From Malacoraja senta (taxonomy: Eukaryota), in the NCBI GenBank assembly GCA_038087875.1, contig CM075987.1, forward strand, positions 2,666,001-2,730,000: a stretch of DNA of 64,000 nucleotides, written 5' to 3'. Below the pieces are notes generated by a model. The model made no database searches, was not told the origin of the DNA, and worked only from the letters and a program-made list of their open reading frames with translations. The translations under genes and the position numbers were made by a program. This document shows, in pieces, positions 36,326 through 49,934 of the stretch (position 1 is the stretch's first letter; each line of letters opens with the position of its first letter).

Positions 36326-36680
36326 AACATCCTTTGACAGGCTTCCTCATTATCCACAACTCCAATGTTATGGTTGTTTGCTAACTTACTAACCAAACAA
36401 TGTGCATTGACATCCAAGTTCTATAAATATATATATATATATATCACAACCAACAGAGGTCACTGCACAGTTTCCCTGCGGAACACACTTCCGGCCAGAA
36501 TAACACCCTTCCACCACTATCCTGTGACTTTCTTAGGTCAGCCAGTTCTGAATCCATATGATCGCATCAAGATCCCATGCATCTTAATCATCTACCATGA
36601 GGGACTTTATCAAATGCCTTACTAAAGTTCATGTAGACAACATCCACTGCCCTAGCCTCATCAATTGCTTTTGTCACCCC
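36325..36680 (-). mobile_element. Old CR1 RT fragment
   Basis: DVVYMNFSKAFDKVPH, WIQNWL, GVPQG-like motifs. Confidence 0.7.
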
Positions 36681-37787
36681 CCCCCCCCCCCCCCCAGCAA
36701 ACTCAAACATGTTCTTCTTCTTTTATGTCCATCTTCAATGTTTCAAATGTTGACATCGCTGTCATCGTCCGTCCTGAAAAGGACGCAAGCTTCCGGCGTC
36801 CGTCAGTGGGAGCCATCACTTGTTGCAATAGATGATGGTGGTAGCAGAATTAGCTCAGGATACTTCCAGTGTCCAGCCCCGCCACGTGGACGCTTCTGCT
36901 ATGGGGCCACTCAATCATGTTAGTAAGACATGATCTGCGGCAGACAAAGCCTGCTGACTGTCCCTAATCATCCTATTCCCCAACCAAATCTAATTAAATT
37001 GTGCCCCAAACAATCTTTAATCAGCAGTTATTGGCCCTCAAATCTGTGAACATTGAAAATCTAACATTCTCAGGACAAATATATTTTATGAAATGATGGG
37101 CAATGTATTGTTTTTGTGCCAGAGTCAAATTCAATGAGATAATATGGAGCCATAATGAGCTCGACAGATGATAACGTACAAGTGCCAAAGTGGAAGCTGC
37201 AGGGGCATTTTGAATATCCATACATTAGAATTGCATTGTAAAGGCCAAGGATGCAATTGTTTACAACAGGCCTTGGTATAAAAACAGTATTACAGTTAGA
37301 AGTTGGCCAACTCCAGTAAAACATTATTTTATGTCATGGAACATGAGCTTTGTTGTTTTCAGACTTGACTCTGCAATGACTAGGATAATTGTAGCTCTAT
37401 TGATAGAGCATTTAAGTTTCCCAACCACATCTATTCACCTCTTGCCTCAAATTGCAAATCATTTAACTTATGGGCTTAGTAATATATTTGATGTCTAATA
37501 AAATTCATTTGAGAGCTCCTGATCAACATAAGGAGGGTGAAAGTAGAAGCATTCACTTGAGTTCTTTCGCATTCTGTACAAATAAATCTTTGATAAACAA
37601 TAAAATAGTCAAGCATATAACTGTATCCATAATGTAGACAGTAGATTCTGCAAGTAATCTGTCTAAACTCCCACTGCATTTTAGGATTAATTAGCTCGGC
37701 TAAACTCTGCTCAGTCGATGAGGAAATTCTGAAATCTGGTGTTCCCTCTGAGATAAGCATAGTCCTGCAACCACTGTACTGTTACCA

Positions 37788-37876
37788 GTCTGAAGAAGGG
37801 TTTCGGCCCGAAACGTTGCCTATTTCCTTCGGTCCATAGATGCTGCTGCACCCGCTGAGTTTCTCCAGCATTTTTG
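37788..37876 (+). ncRNA. 89-bp hammerhead mini-element (intact core at 37787-37820) with 13-bp TSD
   Basis: CUGAAGA-A-GGG uuucgg CCC-GAAAC-GUU-GCC; TGTACTGTTACCA at 37775-37787 and 37877-37889. Confidence 0.85.
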
Positions 37877-38208
37877 TGTACTGTTACCACTGTTGGTAAT
37901 CACATCAGCTAATGTACTTTTGCTAAATAATTCAGTTTAATAGTTTTAAATTGCTACCTATATATAAATGAAATCACTGTACAAGATCACTTGTACATTG
38001 TGCTGTTTTAAAATGCATCTCTGTGTTTTGAATAATAGAACAGTTTGGATGATCACGTTCATTGATATTCAAAGTCCAGAAGTGAACATGGATTGTTGTA
38101 TCTAATACAATTTCCCTATGATAAGTAAAATTAGGATGCATTTCTATCTTATTTTAATTTATGGAATTAATCATCTGGTGAGATGACAAATTTGGAATCT
38201 GGAACTAA

Positions 38209-38738
38209 AGGGGCTGTCTTTGCAGGGACCTAATACGCGAATTCTGGCGAGTTTGCCCCTCGATTCATACTAGCAGCATAGTCGACACAAGGTCGTAGGA
38301 GGTCTTTGTAACTCTCCTTCATGCTCGAGAGTAGTCCCCGTGTACTCAAGGCCTCAGCTAGGTCGCGGCGTATTTTTCAACATGTTGAAAAATGCCCGCG
38401 AGTAAAAAAAGGTCGCCATGGAAAAAACCGATACTTTTTTTACTCGTAGGTTTAGTCGTAGTAGGTCATAGGTAATCGAGGGTAGTCGAAGGTAGTCGTA
38501 GATAGTCTTCATCATAGTCGAAGGGAGGTCGAAGGGAGATCGAAGGAGGTCATCTTCACTCTCCACTATTCGGTGTCTAATTTTCTCGGAGTTAGTCGTA
38601 GCTAGTCTAAGCTAGTCTTCAACATAGTCGAAGGAGGTCTTCTACATAGTCGAAGGAGGTCTTCAACGTGACATTTTTTCAAACTCTCCTGAACTCTTCT
38701 AAACTCGCCAATTAGGTCGCCCAAGTGGGACAGCCCCT
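38209..38738. mobile_element. PIF/Harbinger-like MITE, TAA TSD
   Basis: TAA|AGGGGCTGTC...GTGGGACAGCCCCT|TAA; inverted homologue of 55163-55690. Confidence 0.85.
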
Positions 38739-39189
38739 TAACTGTAATACAAGTATGATAATCTGCAATCTCACAGTTCATAAATCCTAATAGTTCGGCA
38801 ACTAGTTCACCATGTTGAAACACAAGGCTTTGTTCCCAGCTTCTGTTAAACACACTAGGCCTGATCCCTATGCTGGTAAGGTTGCTCGACTCCATTGCCA
38901 CACTCCCATTAAACACATTGGTTCACTGCAAAAATTGTCATATTACTGTGTAACATCTAAACAAAAAATGAATTGAAAGTATATGTTCTTATATTAATAG
39001 GAGCACTTTTCAAGAGTGGAAAATCTGCCAGTCTTCCGCCACAGAAGCCCCCTCATGCCTCCCCACACTCGTCAGCTCTCATTCTTTCAACATATCTTTC
39101 TATTTTATCCCTGTTTTTATCTCGTTTTATCTTGCATGCATAAATTCCATTGGCCTCAATGACTCTTTGGTCAAAATATTTCTTCTAAA

Positions 39190-41710
39190 TTCACTATGCT
39201 CATGCCCCTGTTCTACTCACTCTCTACCCAGGAGTGTGTAGCCAGATACAATTCCAACGCCATCTGTAAATTCACTGACAATGCTATCATTGTTGGACAA
39301 TTTACGTGTAATGATGAGTCAGAGTATAGGAGGGAGATCAATTATCTGATTGAATGGTGCCAGAACAACAACCTTGCTTTCAACGTCAGTAAGACCAAGG
39401 AGCTCATTGTTGCCTTCGAAGGTCAAGGATCCACAAACATGCTTTTATCGACGGGTCGGTAGTGGAGAGAATCAACAACTTTAAATTCCTGCGCATGCAC
39501 ATCTCTGAAGAAATCTCATGTGCCAAGCACATTGACGCAATCATAAAGAAAGTTCATCAACGCCTATACTTCCTTAGCAGATTGAAGAGATTTGATATGT
39601 CAACAAATACTCTCTTGACCTTTTACAGGTGTGTGGTAGATAGCATATTGACTGGTTGTGTCACGGCCTGGTTCGGCAAGTTGAAAGTCCAGGAATGAAG
39701 ATTGAAATCTTGTAGATAGACAGAAAAAGCTGGAGTAATTCAGCGGGACAGACAGCATCTCTGGAGAGTAGGAATGGGTGACGTATTGGGTCGAGACCTT
39801 CAGACTGGTTAGGGATAAGGGAAAACGAGAGATATAGACGGTGATGTGGAGAGAAAAAGAACAACGAATGAAAGATATGCAAAAATGTAATGATAAAGGA
39901 AACAGGCTGTTTGTAGGGTGAAAATTAGAAGCTGGTGCGACTTGGGTGGGGGATCGATAGAGAGAGAGGGAATGCCAGGGCTACTTGAAGTGATAGAAAT
40001 CAATAGTCATACCACTGGGCTGTAAGCTGCCCAAGCGAAATATGAGATGTTGTTCCTCCAATTTGTGTTTAGCCTCACTCTGACAATGGAGGAGACTGAG
40101 GACAGAAAGGTCTGTGTAGGAATGGGAAGGAGAATTAAAGTGTTCAGCAACCGGGAGGTCAGGTTTGTTCAGGCGGGCTGAGCGAAGGTGTTCCGCGAAA
40201 CGATCGCTCAGTCTGCATTGGGTCTCACCGATGTAAAAGAGTCCACATCTTGAACAACGGATACAGTAGATGAGGTTGGTGGAGGTGCAAGTGAACCTCT
40301 GCCTAAAGGACTGTCGGGGTCCCTGGACAGAGTCGAGGGAGGAGGTACAGTGACAGGTGTTGCTTCTTCTGCAGTTGCAGGGGAAGGTACCTGGGGAGGG
40401 GGTGGTTTGGGTGGGAAGGAATGAGTTAACCAGGGAGTTGCGGAGGAAACGGTCTCTGCGGAAGGCAGAAAGGGGTGGAGATGGGAAAATGAGGCTAGTG
40501 GTGGTATCCCGTTGGAGGTGGCGGAAATTTCGGAGGATTATGTGTTCTATGCGACGGCTGATGGGGTGGAAGGTAAAGTTTCTGTTGCGGCTAGGTGAAG
40601 GGGGAGCAAGGGCGGAGCTGTGGGGTACCGAGGGGACACGAGTGAGGGTCTCATCTATGATGGGAGATGGGAAGCCCCGTTCCCTAATGAATGAGGACAT
40701 CGTGGATGTTCTAGTATGGAAACCTCATCTGGGTGCAGATGCGACATAGACGGAGGAATTGGGAGTAAGAGATAGAGTCTTTGCAGGAAGCAGGGTGGGA
40801 AGATGTTTAGTCGAGATAGTTGTGGGAGTCAGTGGGTTTGTAATAAACGTCAGTCAATAGTCTATTTCCTGTGATGGAGACTGTGAGATCAAGAAAGGGG
40901 AGGGAGGTGTCGGAGATGGTGTCGGAATGTGCAGGATGAAAATTGGTGGTGGAGTTGATGAAGTCCATGCGTTCTGCATGGGTGCAGGAGGTAGCACCGA
41001 TGCAGTCATCAATGTAATGGAGATAGAGTTCGGGGATAGGGCCAGTGTACACCTGGAACAGTGATTGTTCAATGTACCCTACAAAGAGGCAGGCATAGCT
41101 GGGGCCCATGTGGTTGCCCATAGCCACGCCTTGGAAATGGAGGAAGTGGGGGGAGTCAAAGGAGAAGTTGTTGAGGGTGAGGACTAACTCCGCTAGGCGG
41201 ATGGTTCTGCGGTCGAGGAAGAAACGGAGGGCTTTAACGCCTTCCTGGTGGGTGATGGAGGTGTAGCGTAACTGAACATCCATAGTAAAAAAGTGTTGGA
41301 CACCGTCTGGTCCATCACGGGTACCGACCTCCCCACCATCGAAGGGATCAACTGGAGACGCTGCCTCAAAAAGGCAGCCAGCATCATCAAGGACGCTCAC
41401 CACCCTGGCCACGCTCTTATTTCACTGTTGCCATTGGGAAGTGGGGAATAGGAGACTGAAAACTGCAATGCCCAGGTTCAAGAACAACTGCTTCCCGACA
41501 AAACCATCAGGCTCTTGAACACTTCCAACACCAGCTGACAATGAACTATGAAGTGTCTTCTTTGCATTAAGGACTAGGAGCTTTTTTGCACCAATATTGG
41601 CTTTTTAATTCATTGATTTTTTTTGGTTTATTTTGTTATCTATGAATATGTGTTTACAGACCTGTTATGCTGCTGCAAGTAAGAATTTCATTGTTGTCTT
41701 GGAACATATC
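39190..41710 (+). mobile_element. Rex1-type LINE split by a PLE
   Basis: PLFYSLSTQEC..CKFTDN, WCQNNNLAFNVSKTKELIV; resumes at ~41290 with CLKKAASIIKDAHHPGH. Confidence 0.85.
39712..41287 (-). mobile_element. Penelope-like element, degenerate
   Basis: QGVAMG..GPSYACLF, YIDDC, YYKPTDSH, NLIYCIRCSRCGLFYIGET; hammerhead core deleted near 39790. Confidence 0.9.
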
Positions 41711-41829
41711 TTTACTATTGGATTTATTAGTGTAGTGTCCTTCTTATATTAACAGTGTCTATTGTGTTCTCCTGTGAGTGGGAAGCACAGTGGCACTGAA
41801 TGGCTCTTTTTGTCTTTGTCCATTTCCTG

Positions 41830-42085
41830 GACAAACAAGTGGCGCGGTTACCGTCTCACTGCTGCAGAAACCCGGGATGAGTTCTGATCGCCGATGCTGC
41901 CTGTGTGGAGCTTGTGGCATCTTCCTGCGTTTGGGTTTCTTCCTGATGCTTCAGTTTTCTTCTACGTTCCAAATACATTTGCTTTGCTCAGCTCATCGTT
42001 AACTGGACACTGCCTTTAGTAGAGAATGGGATTGCTCTGTGAGCCAGCTTACACTTGATGGGCCAAAGTGGCCTCCTCCATTGTA
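41830..42085 (+). mobile_element. Old V-SINE
   Basis: GTGGCGCGGTTA head, TGTGTGGAGCTTG V-domain, ATGGGCCAAAGTGGCCTCCT tail. Confidence 0.55.
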
Positions 42086-42234
42086 AGGAAATATAGAAAC
42101 TCGCTCCACGTTTACCCTATCATTATCTTAAATGTTTATATATCTGCAGGAAAAGAACTCCGTATCTTAAGTCTGTTTTGATATTTGTAATCTTTTGTTC
42201 TGGGATCATCCTCGCTAATCAGGAGATCAAATTT

Positions 42235-42455
42235 ATTCATAACTTCTAGGAGCAGAATAAGGCCATTTGGCCCATCAAGTCTACTCTGCCATTCGACCAT
42301 GACTGATCTATCTTTCCTTCTCAACCCCATACTTCTGCCATCGCCCCATAACCCCTGGCACCCTACGAAAGAATCTGTCAATCTCCACCTTAAAAATATC
42401 TATTGATTTGGCCTCCACAGACGTCTGTGGCGATGAATTCCACAGATTCATCACC
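42235..42455 (-). mobile_element. CR1 3' fragment
   Basis: VMNLWNS..,GYGAMAEVWG; hairpin tail. Confidence 0.75.
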
Positions 42456-42657
42456 TCTCTCATTTTCATCATTCTCTCAACAATCAATCAGTTTGGCTCG
42501 AGTCATCTACAAATCTGGCCCAAAGGTTCAGATTGTCTATTTGCTGCTTTTTGTTTCTCATCTCCTGGTATTTGCTTAGCACTCCTCCCAGCTGAGACTG
42601 TACTGAATATGCCAAATCTGTAAATAGCACCTCATGGGGACACGACTTGACACGTTT

Positions 42658-44607
42658 GTAGACAAAAATGCTGGAGAAACTCAGCGGGTGAGGCAGCATC
42701 TATGGAGCGAAGAAAATAGGCAACGTTTCGGGGCGAAACCCTTCTTCAGACTGATGTGAGGGTTGGGGCGGGAAGAAGAAAGGAAGAGGTGGAGCCAGTG
42801 GGCTGAGGGAGAGCTGAGAAGGGGAGGAGAAAGTTGGGACTACCTGAAATTAGAGAAGTTCATGTTCATACTGCTGGGGTGCAAACTGCCCAAGCGAAAT
42901 ATGAGGTGCTGCTCCTCCAATTTATGGTGGTCCTCACTCTGGCCATGGAGGAGGCCCAGGACAGAAAGGTCAGATTCGGAATGGGAGGGGGAGTTGAAGT
43001 GCTGAGCCACCGGGAGATCAGGTTGGTTATTGCGAACCGAGTGGAGGTGTTCAGCGAAGCAATCGGCAAGCCTACGCTTGGTCTCACCGATATAGATCAG
43101 CTGACATCTAGAGCAGCGGATGCAATAGATGAGGTTGGAGGAGGTGCAGGTGAACCTTTGCCGCACCTGGAAAGACTGCTTGGGAACTTAAATGGAGTCA
43201 AGGGAGGAGGTAAAGCGACAAGTGTAGCATTTCCTGCGGTTGCAAGGGAAAGTGCCAGGACAGGGGGTGGTTTGGGTGGGAAGGGACGAATTGAGCAGGG
43301 AGTTACGGAGGGAGCGGTCTCTGCGGAAAGGGGAGGAGATGGGAAGATGTGGCAAGTGGTGGGATCATGTTGGAGGTGGTGAAAATGTCGGCGGATTATT
43401 TGTTGTATGTGACGGCTGGTAGGGTGGAAGGTGAGGACAAGAGGGACTCTGCCCTTGTTACGAGTGGGGGAAAGGGGAGTGAGAGCAGAGTCATGGGGTA
43501 TAGAAGAGACCCCGGTGAGAGCCTCATCTATAGAAGAAGGGGAACCCCCGTTCCCTGAAGAATGAGGACATCTCCGGTGCCCTGATGTGGAACACCTCAT
43601 CCTGGGTGCAGATGCTGTGTAGACGGAGGAATTGGTAGTAGGGGATGGAGTCCTTACAGGAAGCAGGGTGGGAAGAAGTGTAGTCTAGATAGCCATGGGA
43701 GTCAGTGGGTTTATAGTGAATGTCGGTCAGAAGTCTATCACCTGCGATGGAGATAGTGAAGTCAAGAAATGGTAGGGAGATGTCGGAAATGGTCCAGGTG
43801 TATTTGAGTGCCGGATGGAAGTTAGTGGTGAAATGGATGAAGTCAGTGAGTTGTGGGTGAGTGCAGGAGGTAGCACCAATGCAGTAGTCGATGTAGCGGA
43901 GGTAGAGTTCGGGGATAGGGCCACGGTACGCCTCGAACAAGAATTGTTCGACGTACCCTACAAAGAGGCAGGCTCATGCGTGTGCCCATAGCTACGCCTT
44001 GTATTTGGAGGAAATGGGAGGAGTCAAATGAAAAGTTATTAAGGGTAAGGACCAGCTCTAGGCGGAGAAGAGAATCAGTAGACGGGGATTGGTTGGTTCT
44101 GCGGTCGAGGAAGAAACGGAGGGCTTTGAGACCCTCCTGGTGGGGGATGGAGGTGTAGAGTGACTGGACATCCATGGTGAAGATGAGGGAATGGGGGCCT
44201 AGAAAACAGAAGTCCTGGAGTAGATGAAGAGCGTGTAAGGTGTCTTGAACATAGGTAGGATAGGATTTAACCAGGGGGGATAGGATGGAATCGAGGTATG
44301 TGGAAATAAGTTCGGTAGGACACGAACAGGCAGAAACAATGGGTCTGCCAGGACAGTCAGGTTTGTGGATTTTTGGGAGAAGGGGCTGGGGAACAATGAG
44401 GTTGGAGGTTTGGGAGGGCCGGGAGCCGGAGTTGATGAAGTCAGTGATGGTGCTAGAGATAGTGGCCTGGTGCTCGTCTGTGGGGTCATGGTCCAAGGAT
44501 AAGTAGGAGGAGGTGTCTGAGAGTTGGCGCGTGGCCTCAGCCTTGTAGAGATCAGCGCGCCAGACTACCATGGCACCTCCCTTGTCAGCAGGTTTGATCA
44601 CCCAGTC
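42658..44607 (-). mobile_element. Penelope-like element covering most of RT plus GIY-YIG (frameshifted), with pLTR
   Basis: VIKPADKGG, LPKIHK..PGRPIVS, MDVQSLYTSIP, QGVAMG, YLRYID, IYCIRCSRCQLIYIGET. Confidence 0.92.
42719..42753 (-). ncRNA. Minimal hammerhead ribozyme, intact core
   Basis: Minus strand: AGU-CUGAAGA-A-GGG uuucgc CCC-GAAAC-GUU-GCC. Confidence 0.8.
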
Positions 44608-44749
44608 TTGATTCAGCGTGATTGTTTTGCTCTCCCTCTTATCCATTGAATAGAAATTTACCCTTTTACAATTCCTCAATCCTTTGTGGTCTGTGGCCGG
44701 CAATGTGGCACCGAGACTCCTGTTGTGTCATGAGATCCTCCCACAGTGG

Positions 44750-44865
44750 GGAAAAAAGAAAGACTTGTATTTACATTGTGTCTTTCTAGACCTCTCAAAG
44801 CATGATGCAGCCAGTGAAGTCACTGTTGTAATGCGGGTATCAAAGCAGGTCATTTGAACGCAACA
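44750..44865 (-). mobile_element. Deu-SINE 3' fragment
   Basis: AAGAAAGACTTGTATTTA..GCAGCCAGTGAAGTCACTGTTGTAATG. Confidence 0.5.
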
Positions 44866-44919
44866 AAAAGAAAAGCACTTTAAAGACAAATATCTAGATT
44901 CTGAGACATTGGCTACAAA

Positions 44920-45325
44920 ATGACTATACACACTGGATACCTCATCCCGATCCCTCCTTCTTCTCCCCTCTCCCATCAGACAAGAGGTACGGAAGTTTGA
45001 AAATGCATACCTCCAGATTCAGGAACAGTTTTTTCCCAGCTGTTGTCAGGCAACTGAACAGTCCTCTCATCAGCTCGAGTGATCCTGACCACCCATCCGC
45101 CTCATTGGAGACCTTTGAACTATCTTTAATCGTACTTTATCAGATGGCAATGTTATATCTTTACACTAAATGTTGCACTCTTTGTCCTTCATCTGTGCAC
45201 TGTGGACATGTTGATTGTATTCATGCACATTGTAGTCTTGCTTTGACTGCAAACAAAAGCGTTTCATTGTATCTCAGGACACAACAATAACAAACTAAGC
45301 TAAACTAACAAAGTGAACTAAACTA
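44920..45325 (+). mobile_element. Rex1-type 3' end
   Basis: HTSRFRNSFFPAVVRQLN; (AAACT)n tail. Confidence 0.75.
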
Positions 45326-45669
45326 ATGGGCATGGATCATTTTCATCCATTTGAGGGTGAGCCTCTGGCAATGCAGCCCTTCTGTTCTGTACTGTAGACT
45401 CTCAGCCTAAATGAGTTCCAAATTCCTGCTCAAGAACGAGAATCTATCTAACGATGGACACATACATGAAAAGGAAATTCAGAGGGATATGGGCAAAACA
45501 TCGGTAAATGTGACCAGCTTAGATGGTGAATCTTGGTCGGCATGGACAGGTTGGGCCGAAGGACCTACTGCAGTGCTGTATGACTCTATAACTCACTATT
45601 GACTAAATCTTGACTAAGTTAAACCTACAGAAAAAAATTGTCTTGGTGAGAGATAGATGCAAGGCATAG

Positions 45670-46550
45670 GAGACTAAACATAAGTGTGATCGAAGTGCAC
45701 CATAGAAAGCATTCTGTTGGGTTACAGCACAACCTGGTTCACTGCCCCAAGACTACAATAAATTGCAGAGAGTTGTAGATGTAGCCCAGTCCGTCACACA
45801 GACCAGAGATGCCACCATAGATCCCACCTAGATGTACACTTCACTCTGCCTCAGAAAAGCAGCCAACATAATCAAAGACTTGTCCTGCCTTCCTTCTCCC
45901 TGCTCCCATACGGCAGGAAGAGATTAGAGATTAGAGATTAGAGATTCCTTTATTTGTCATTCAGACCTTTTCGGTCTGAACGAAATTTCGTTGCCTGCAG
46001 TCATACATATAATAATAAATAACAAAACACACAATAAACACAAATTAACATCCACCACAGTGAGTTCACCAGGCATTCCTCACTGTGATGGAGGCAAAAG
46101 TCTTAAAGTCTCTGTCTCTTCCCGCTTTGTTCTTCCTCTGCGCCGAGGCGATCCAGGCTTCTGACGCTGTGACCCCGCCGGGTGATGGTAAGTCAATCCC
46201 GCGGCTAAATCCGAGCTCCGTGACGGGCCGGTTCAAACTCCGCGGCCCGGGGTGGCCGAAGCTGCCGAAGTGTACAGAATCTTGAAAGACTCAGGAACAG
46301 CTTCTTCAGCTCTGTTATTAGGCTTCTAAGCATCCCTTCCATAAGCTGGGATACTGTTGGATTCACCTCTACTCCAGTAGACATTGGATTTTGACTAAGG
46401 AGCTGATGCACTGCAATGCTGACAGTATTTTGCACTCTGTATCTTCCCCTTTGGTCTGTCTATTGTACTTGAGTTTGAATTAATTGTATAGTATGGTTAA
46501 TCTGATTGCATGGTATATCTGATTTGGTTTGGACAATAATAAACCTAAAC
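45670..46550 (+). mobile_element. Rex1-type fragment split by the GC-rich retroposon
   Basis: CTIESIL, CLRKAANIIKD, RLRNSFF. Confidence 0.7.
45921..46270 (-). mobile_element. 5'-truncated relative of the GC-rich retroposon; (AATCTCT)n tail
   Basis: Shares TTTTGCCT-CCATCACAG, TGTATGRCTGCAG, AACGAWATTTCGTT and TGACAAAT with 26945-27085. Confidence 0.75.
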
Positions 46551-47481
46551 ATAATCACTTGTGTCAGGTTACGTGTGGCAGTGGAACAGTGTTCTGCCAT
46601 GTCTATATCCATAAGCTGAAGCATTCATGGAGAAAAATGTTTAATTACTACAATATTCAAATGAAACTAAACAATTACGAAAATACTAATTCAGTTAATT
46701 CCAACTGTTCTCACAGATGTCAGTCATTCATTCTCATGCACAGGTGCAGCATGTTCTCAGCAATCACAGTCAGTAGTTCTTTAGCATCCCACTTAATACA
46801 TTATATTGTTTTTCTAAATGAGTAACTTGTATGGAGATTAAACAGTGAAAGTGATTTGATGAAACTTGATTGCTGATGGGTTTCTGTCAAAGAGCATTGG
46901 TTATTGAGAAATAGCCACCATTCTTATTCAAGGTTCTGGAACAGCTCGCTCTCTGCAAAATGTTTAATGAAATGAATTTTTTAATTGTCTTCCCTTATCT
47001 GAGAAAGAAGTATGTTTGAATGTGTGTTTATTTTTCATTAACAGGTTCATAGATCTGTGGTTTAGTCGATACAGACTGATTGCCTCTATTAAATTTAGTC
47101 AGTAATGAGATTCAGAATTTTAACTGAGTTTGAGTCCTAAGGCTCTCTGTTATTAGATCTTGATTGTCAGGACTGGGTGAGCATTTTTATTTCTTAGTTA
47201 TATTGCAAACACAAGTATTTTATTGGTGAGGAGGCATGGGCTGAGAAGTAGCAAGGGACAGTGTATGACAAAAACATGGGGCAGTGGCCGTCTACAACAG
47301 GATGGAGCCTCGACACCACCCTTTGACATTCCCACTGCCAAGTCCCCCACCATCAATACCCTGCAGGTCACTAATGATTAGAAACCGAACTGGACCAGCT
47401 GCATAATACAATGGCTACAAGAGCAGGTCAGAGGCTCACTTCTTGACACCCCAAATCCTTCACACCTTAGACAAGGGTCAT

Positions 47482-47607
47482 CAGTCTGAAGAAGGGTCAC
47501 GACCTGAAAGGTCACCCATTCCTTCTCTCTCGAGATGCTGCCTGTTACTCCAGCATTTTGTGTCTACCTTCGATTTCAACCAGCATCTGCAGTTCTTTCC
47601 TACACAT
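47482..47607 (+). mobile_element. PLE pLTR fragment starting at a degenerate hammerhead
   Basis: CAGTCTGAAGAAGGGTCACGACCTGAAAGGTCACC..GCATCTGCAGTTC. Confidence 0.75.
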
Positions 47608-47794
47608 GTATGTAAATTGGTTGTCTCATTCCTGTTACAAAGTAACTGATTGCACTTATGTTAAATGACACGAAGTCATTCTGCTTAGAGATTAGAGGTT
47701 ACTTCTGGGGAGTTTACCATTGGAATTTTAATCAAATAATATATTGTCTCCCCCTGCATAGCTATACTTTTGTAAATATTTCAAATTGATTACT

Positions 47795-48820
47795 CAGCAA
47801 GTAAATCTGCAGATGCTGGAAATTAGAATTAAAATAGAGAATGCTGGAATTATCCAGCAGGCGAGGTAGCATTTATGGAGAGAAACTAAATACATTTTTC
47901 CGTTTGATGACCTTTCATCAGAACTCGACACGTCCAGTCCTGACGTCCAAGAAGTCCAGTATTTATAACTTGCAGATACAGCAGGGAGGAGGTTGGGGGA
48001 GAAGAGTGTGGAGAGGACCAATGGAAAGTCTGAGATGGGTTGGAGACCAAGAAAGACAGGCATGGTGGCGGTGGTGGCTGTGAGGGAAAATGAAGGTTTG
48101 TTAATCTCAACAATCTCTGCGATGGACTCGGGAAAAGAAAAAGATGAAAGAGACAAAGGAGCGAGCATGTTGCTGGGACTGAAATGCAACACACTGATGG
48201 TACTGGAAATCTGAAATTAGTCAAGATGAAATTGGACACCATTGTGCAGAAAATTTGCTTTACTGTGGGAGATTGATTCCCTTCCATCAGACGAGCTGAT
48301 TCTGAATCAAATGGCAGTGTGAGGGGTAGGGAAGAGGAAATTGCTGATCATCTGAAGTTGTTGAATTCTGTATTGATCATTCAAGGCTGCAACGTGTCAA
48401 GTCAAAAGTTCCTTGAGTTGATATTGGACTGTGTTGGAAAATTGCAAGCAACCAGACATATCGGTAAGAGGAAAGGATGGAAAATTAAAGTACAGTTTTC
48501 TGAAAGTTCAAAACTACCTTGAAGACTGAAGAGAGGTGTTCTGCAAACCAGTTACTAATTTGGTTGCTCCAATAGTTGAGACCACTCCGCAGAGTACATT
48601 CAACTGGAAGTAGTGCAAGTGAATTACTACTACTGCAAGGGATGTTTGGTCCCTGGATAGTGAGAAGGGAAGAGATAAATGGGCAAGTGTTGCAGTTGAG
48701 TTGGAAGTTGCCATGAGAATGGGATTGAGTAAAGGCGGAGATGAAAGAATTAACTTTGGAATCGTGGAAGGAATGGTCCCTTTGGGCTGCTGAGAGAGAA
48801 CTGCATGGTGGCAGAATCAC
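47795..48820 (-). mobile_element. Old PLE (GIY-YIG remnant plus pLTR with CUGAUGA-type hammerhead relic at ~47895-47925)
   Basis: CNTCPFI, WFAEHLSSV; minus strand CTGATGAAAGGTCATCAAACGGAAA. Confidence 0.55.
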
Positions 48821-49934
48821 TGAGTATGGCTAAAATTATGAATTGAAGCAGAACACTTGTACATTCCAAGTCAGTGTATTACTTTTGGTTCTCATGATGT
48901 GTTTTCCTCGACTTTGGAAGACTGATTTGTGGAACACCATTCCTTCATCCTGAAACATTACTTCCTGAACTGTTGATTCTCTTTCCCTCTCTTCTAAGAT
49001 GATGCCAGTTATGCTGGTTTATCCATTTTAAAATTTCACAATATCTGCAATTTTTTTTTGTTTTCAATCTTTGATTCACGCAATGCACAAACCTAAATAA
49101 TAATATCATTGAAAATTAAACCAGAAAATTTAGTGGGACCATTTTATGCACTCCTTTAAAGTCTCCCTTAACGTTCTCTTCCTATTCAATCTTGCAGAGG
49201 TTTAATTCTTGTTCTAGTCCTATCCTACGAAACACTGTGATTAACACCTACACTGGTTTATTTATTGTTCCAGTGGTTAGCTTCTATTTTTCAATCAATA
49301 TTGGTTCAGTGAAGTGAGTCACCTGTCAACATTAATCGAAATATAACTCTTGTATTAAGACATTCTTAGGAAGAGTCATCCTGTTAGCTTTATTGGGTTT
49401 CCCTGGTTAATCAACAGAAACCTGAATCTGTCAAAAGAGATTGATGAACAGAGCTACATTTTGTTAATGAAGTGTAAAAATTAGTTATTGCTACCAATTT
49501 TTTTAAAGTTTAAACACAAAACTTACAAAACCATGAGGTCCTTCTATTCAGATTTTTTTTTTTTTTACACACAAGACTAATCCACTGCATACTTAAGATT
49601 TATTTTCCTCTACAGTTACTAATATGTTAAATTTCTTGGGATTAAGAAATGCTAAATTTATGAAGCAATTACTAACTGTTATGGTTAAATTGTAATGGGG
49701 TATGGAATGTGTATTTAATCCATACAATTAACTATTTTGCAGAAGGGAATGTAATTAAACATTCAATAAACATTTAATACTAATTACTTTGTCGGTTTTC
49801 TCCATGTGTGGAGTCCCTACATATGGAACTATTAAACAAACTCATTTCAAATAATTTACAGATTAGCAGGGAAGCAAAATATCTTAATTTATTCATTGTA
49901 AGAATTGGCATATTTGATTTAGCTTTGAGCCACA

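Noticed and set aside
38440-38670. Short repeated AGTCGAAGG units resembling a CRISPR or iteron array (also 55230-55450)
   Set aside because: Irregular internal repeats of a Harbinger-like MITE with no unique spacers; eukaryotic context
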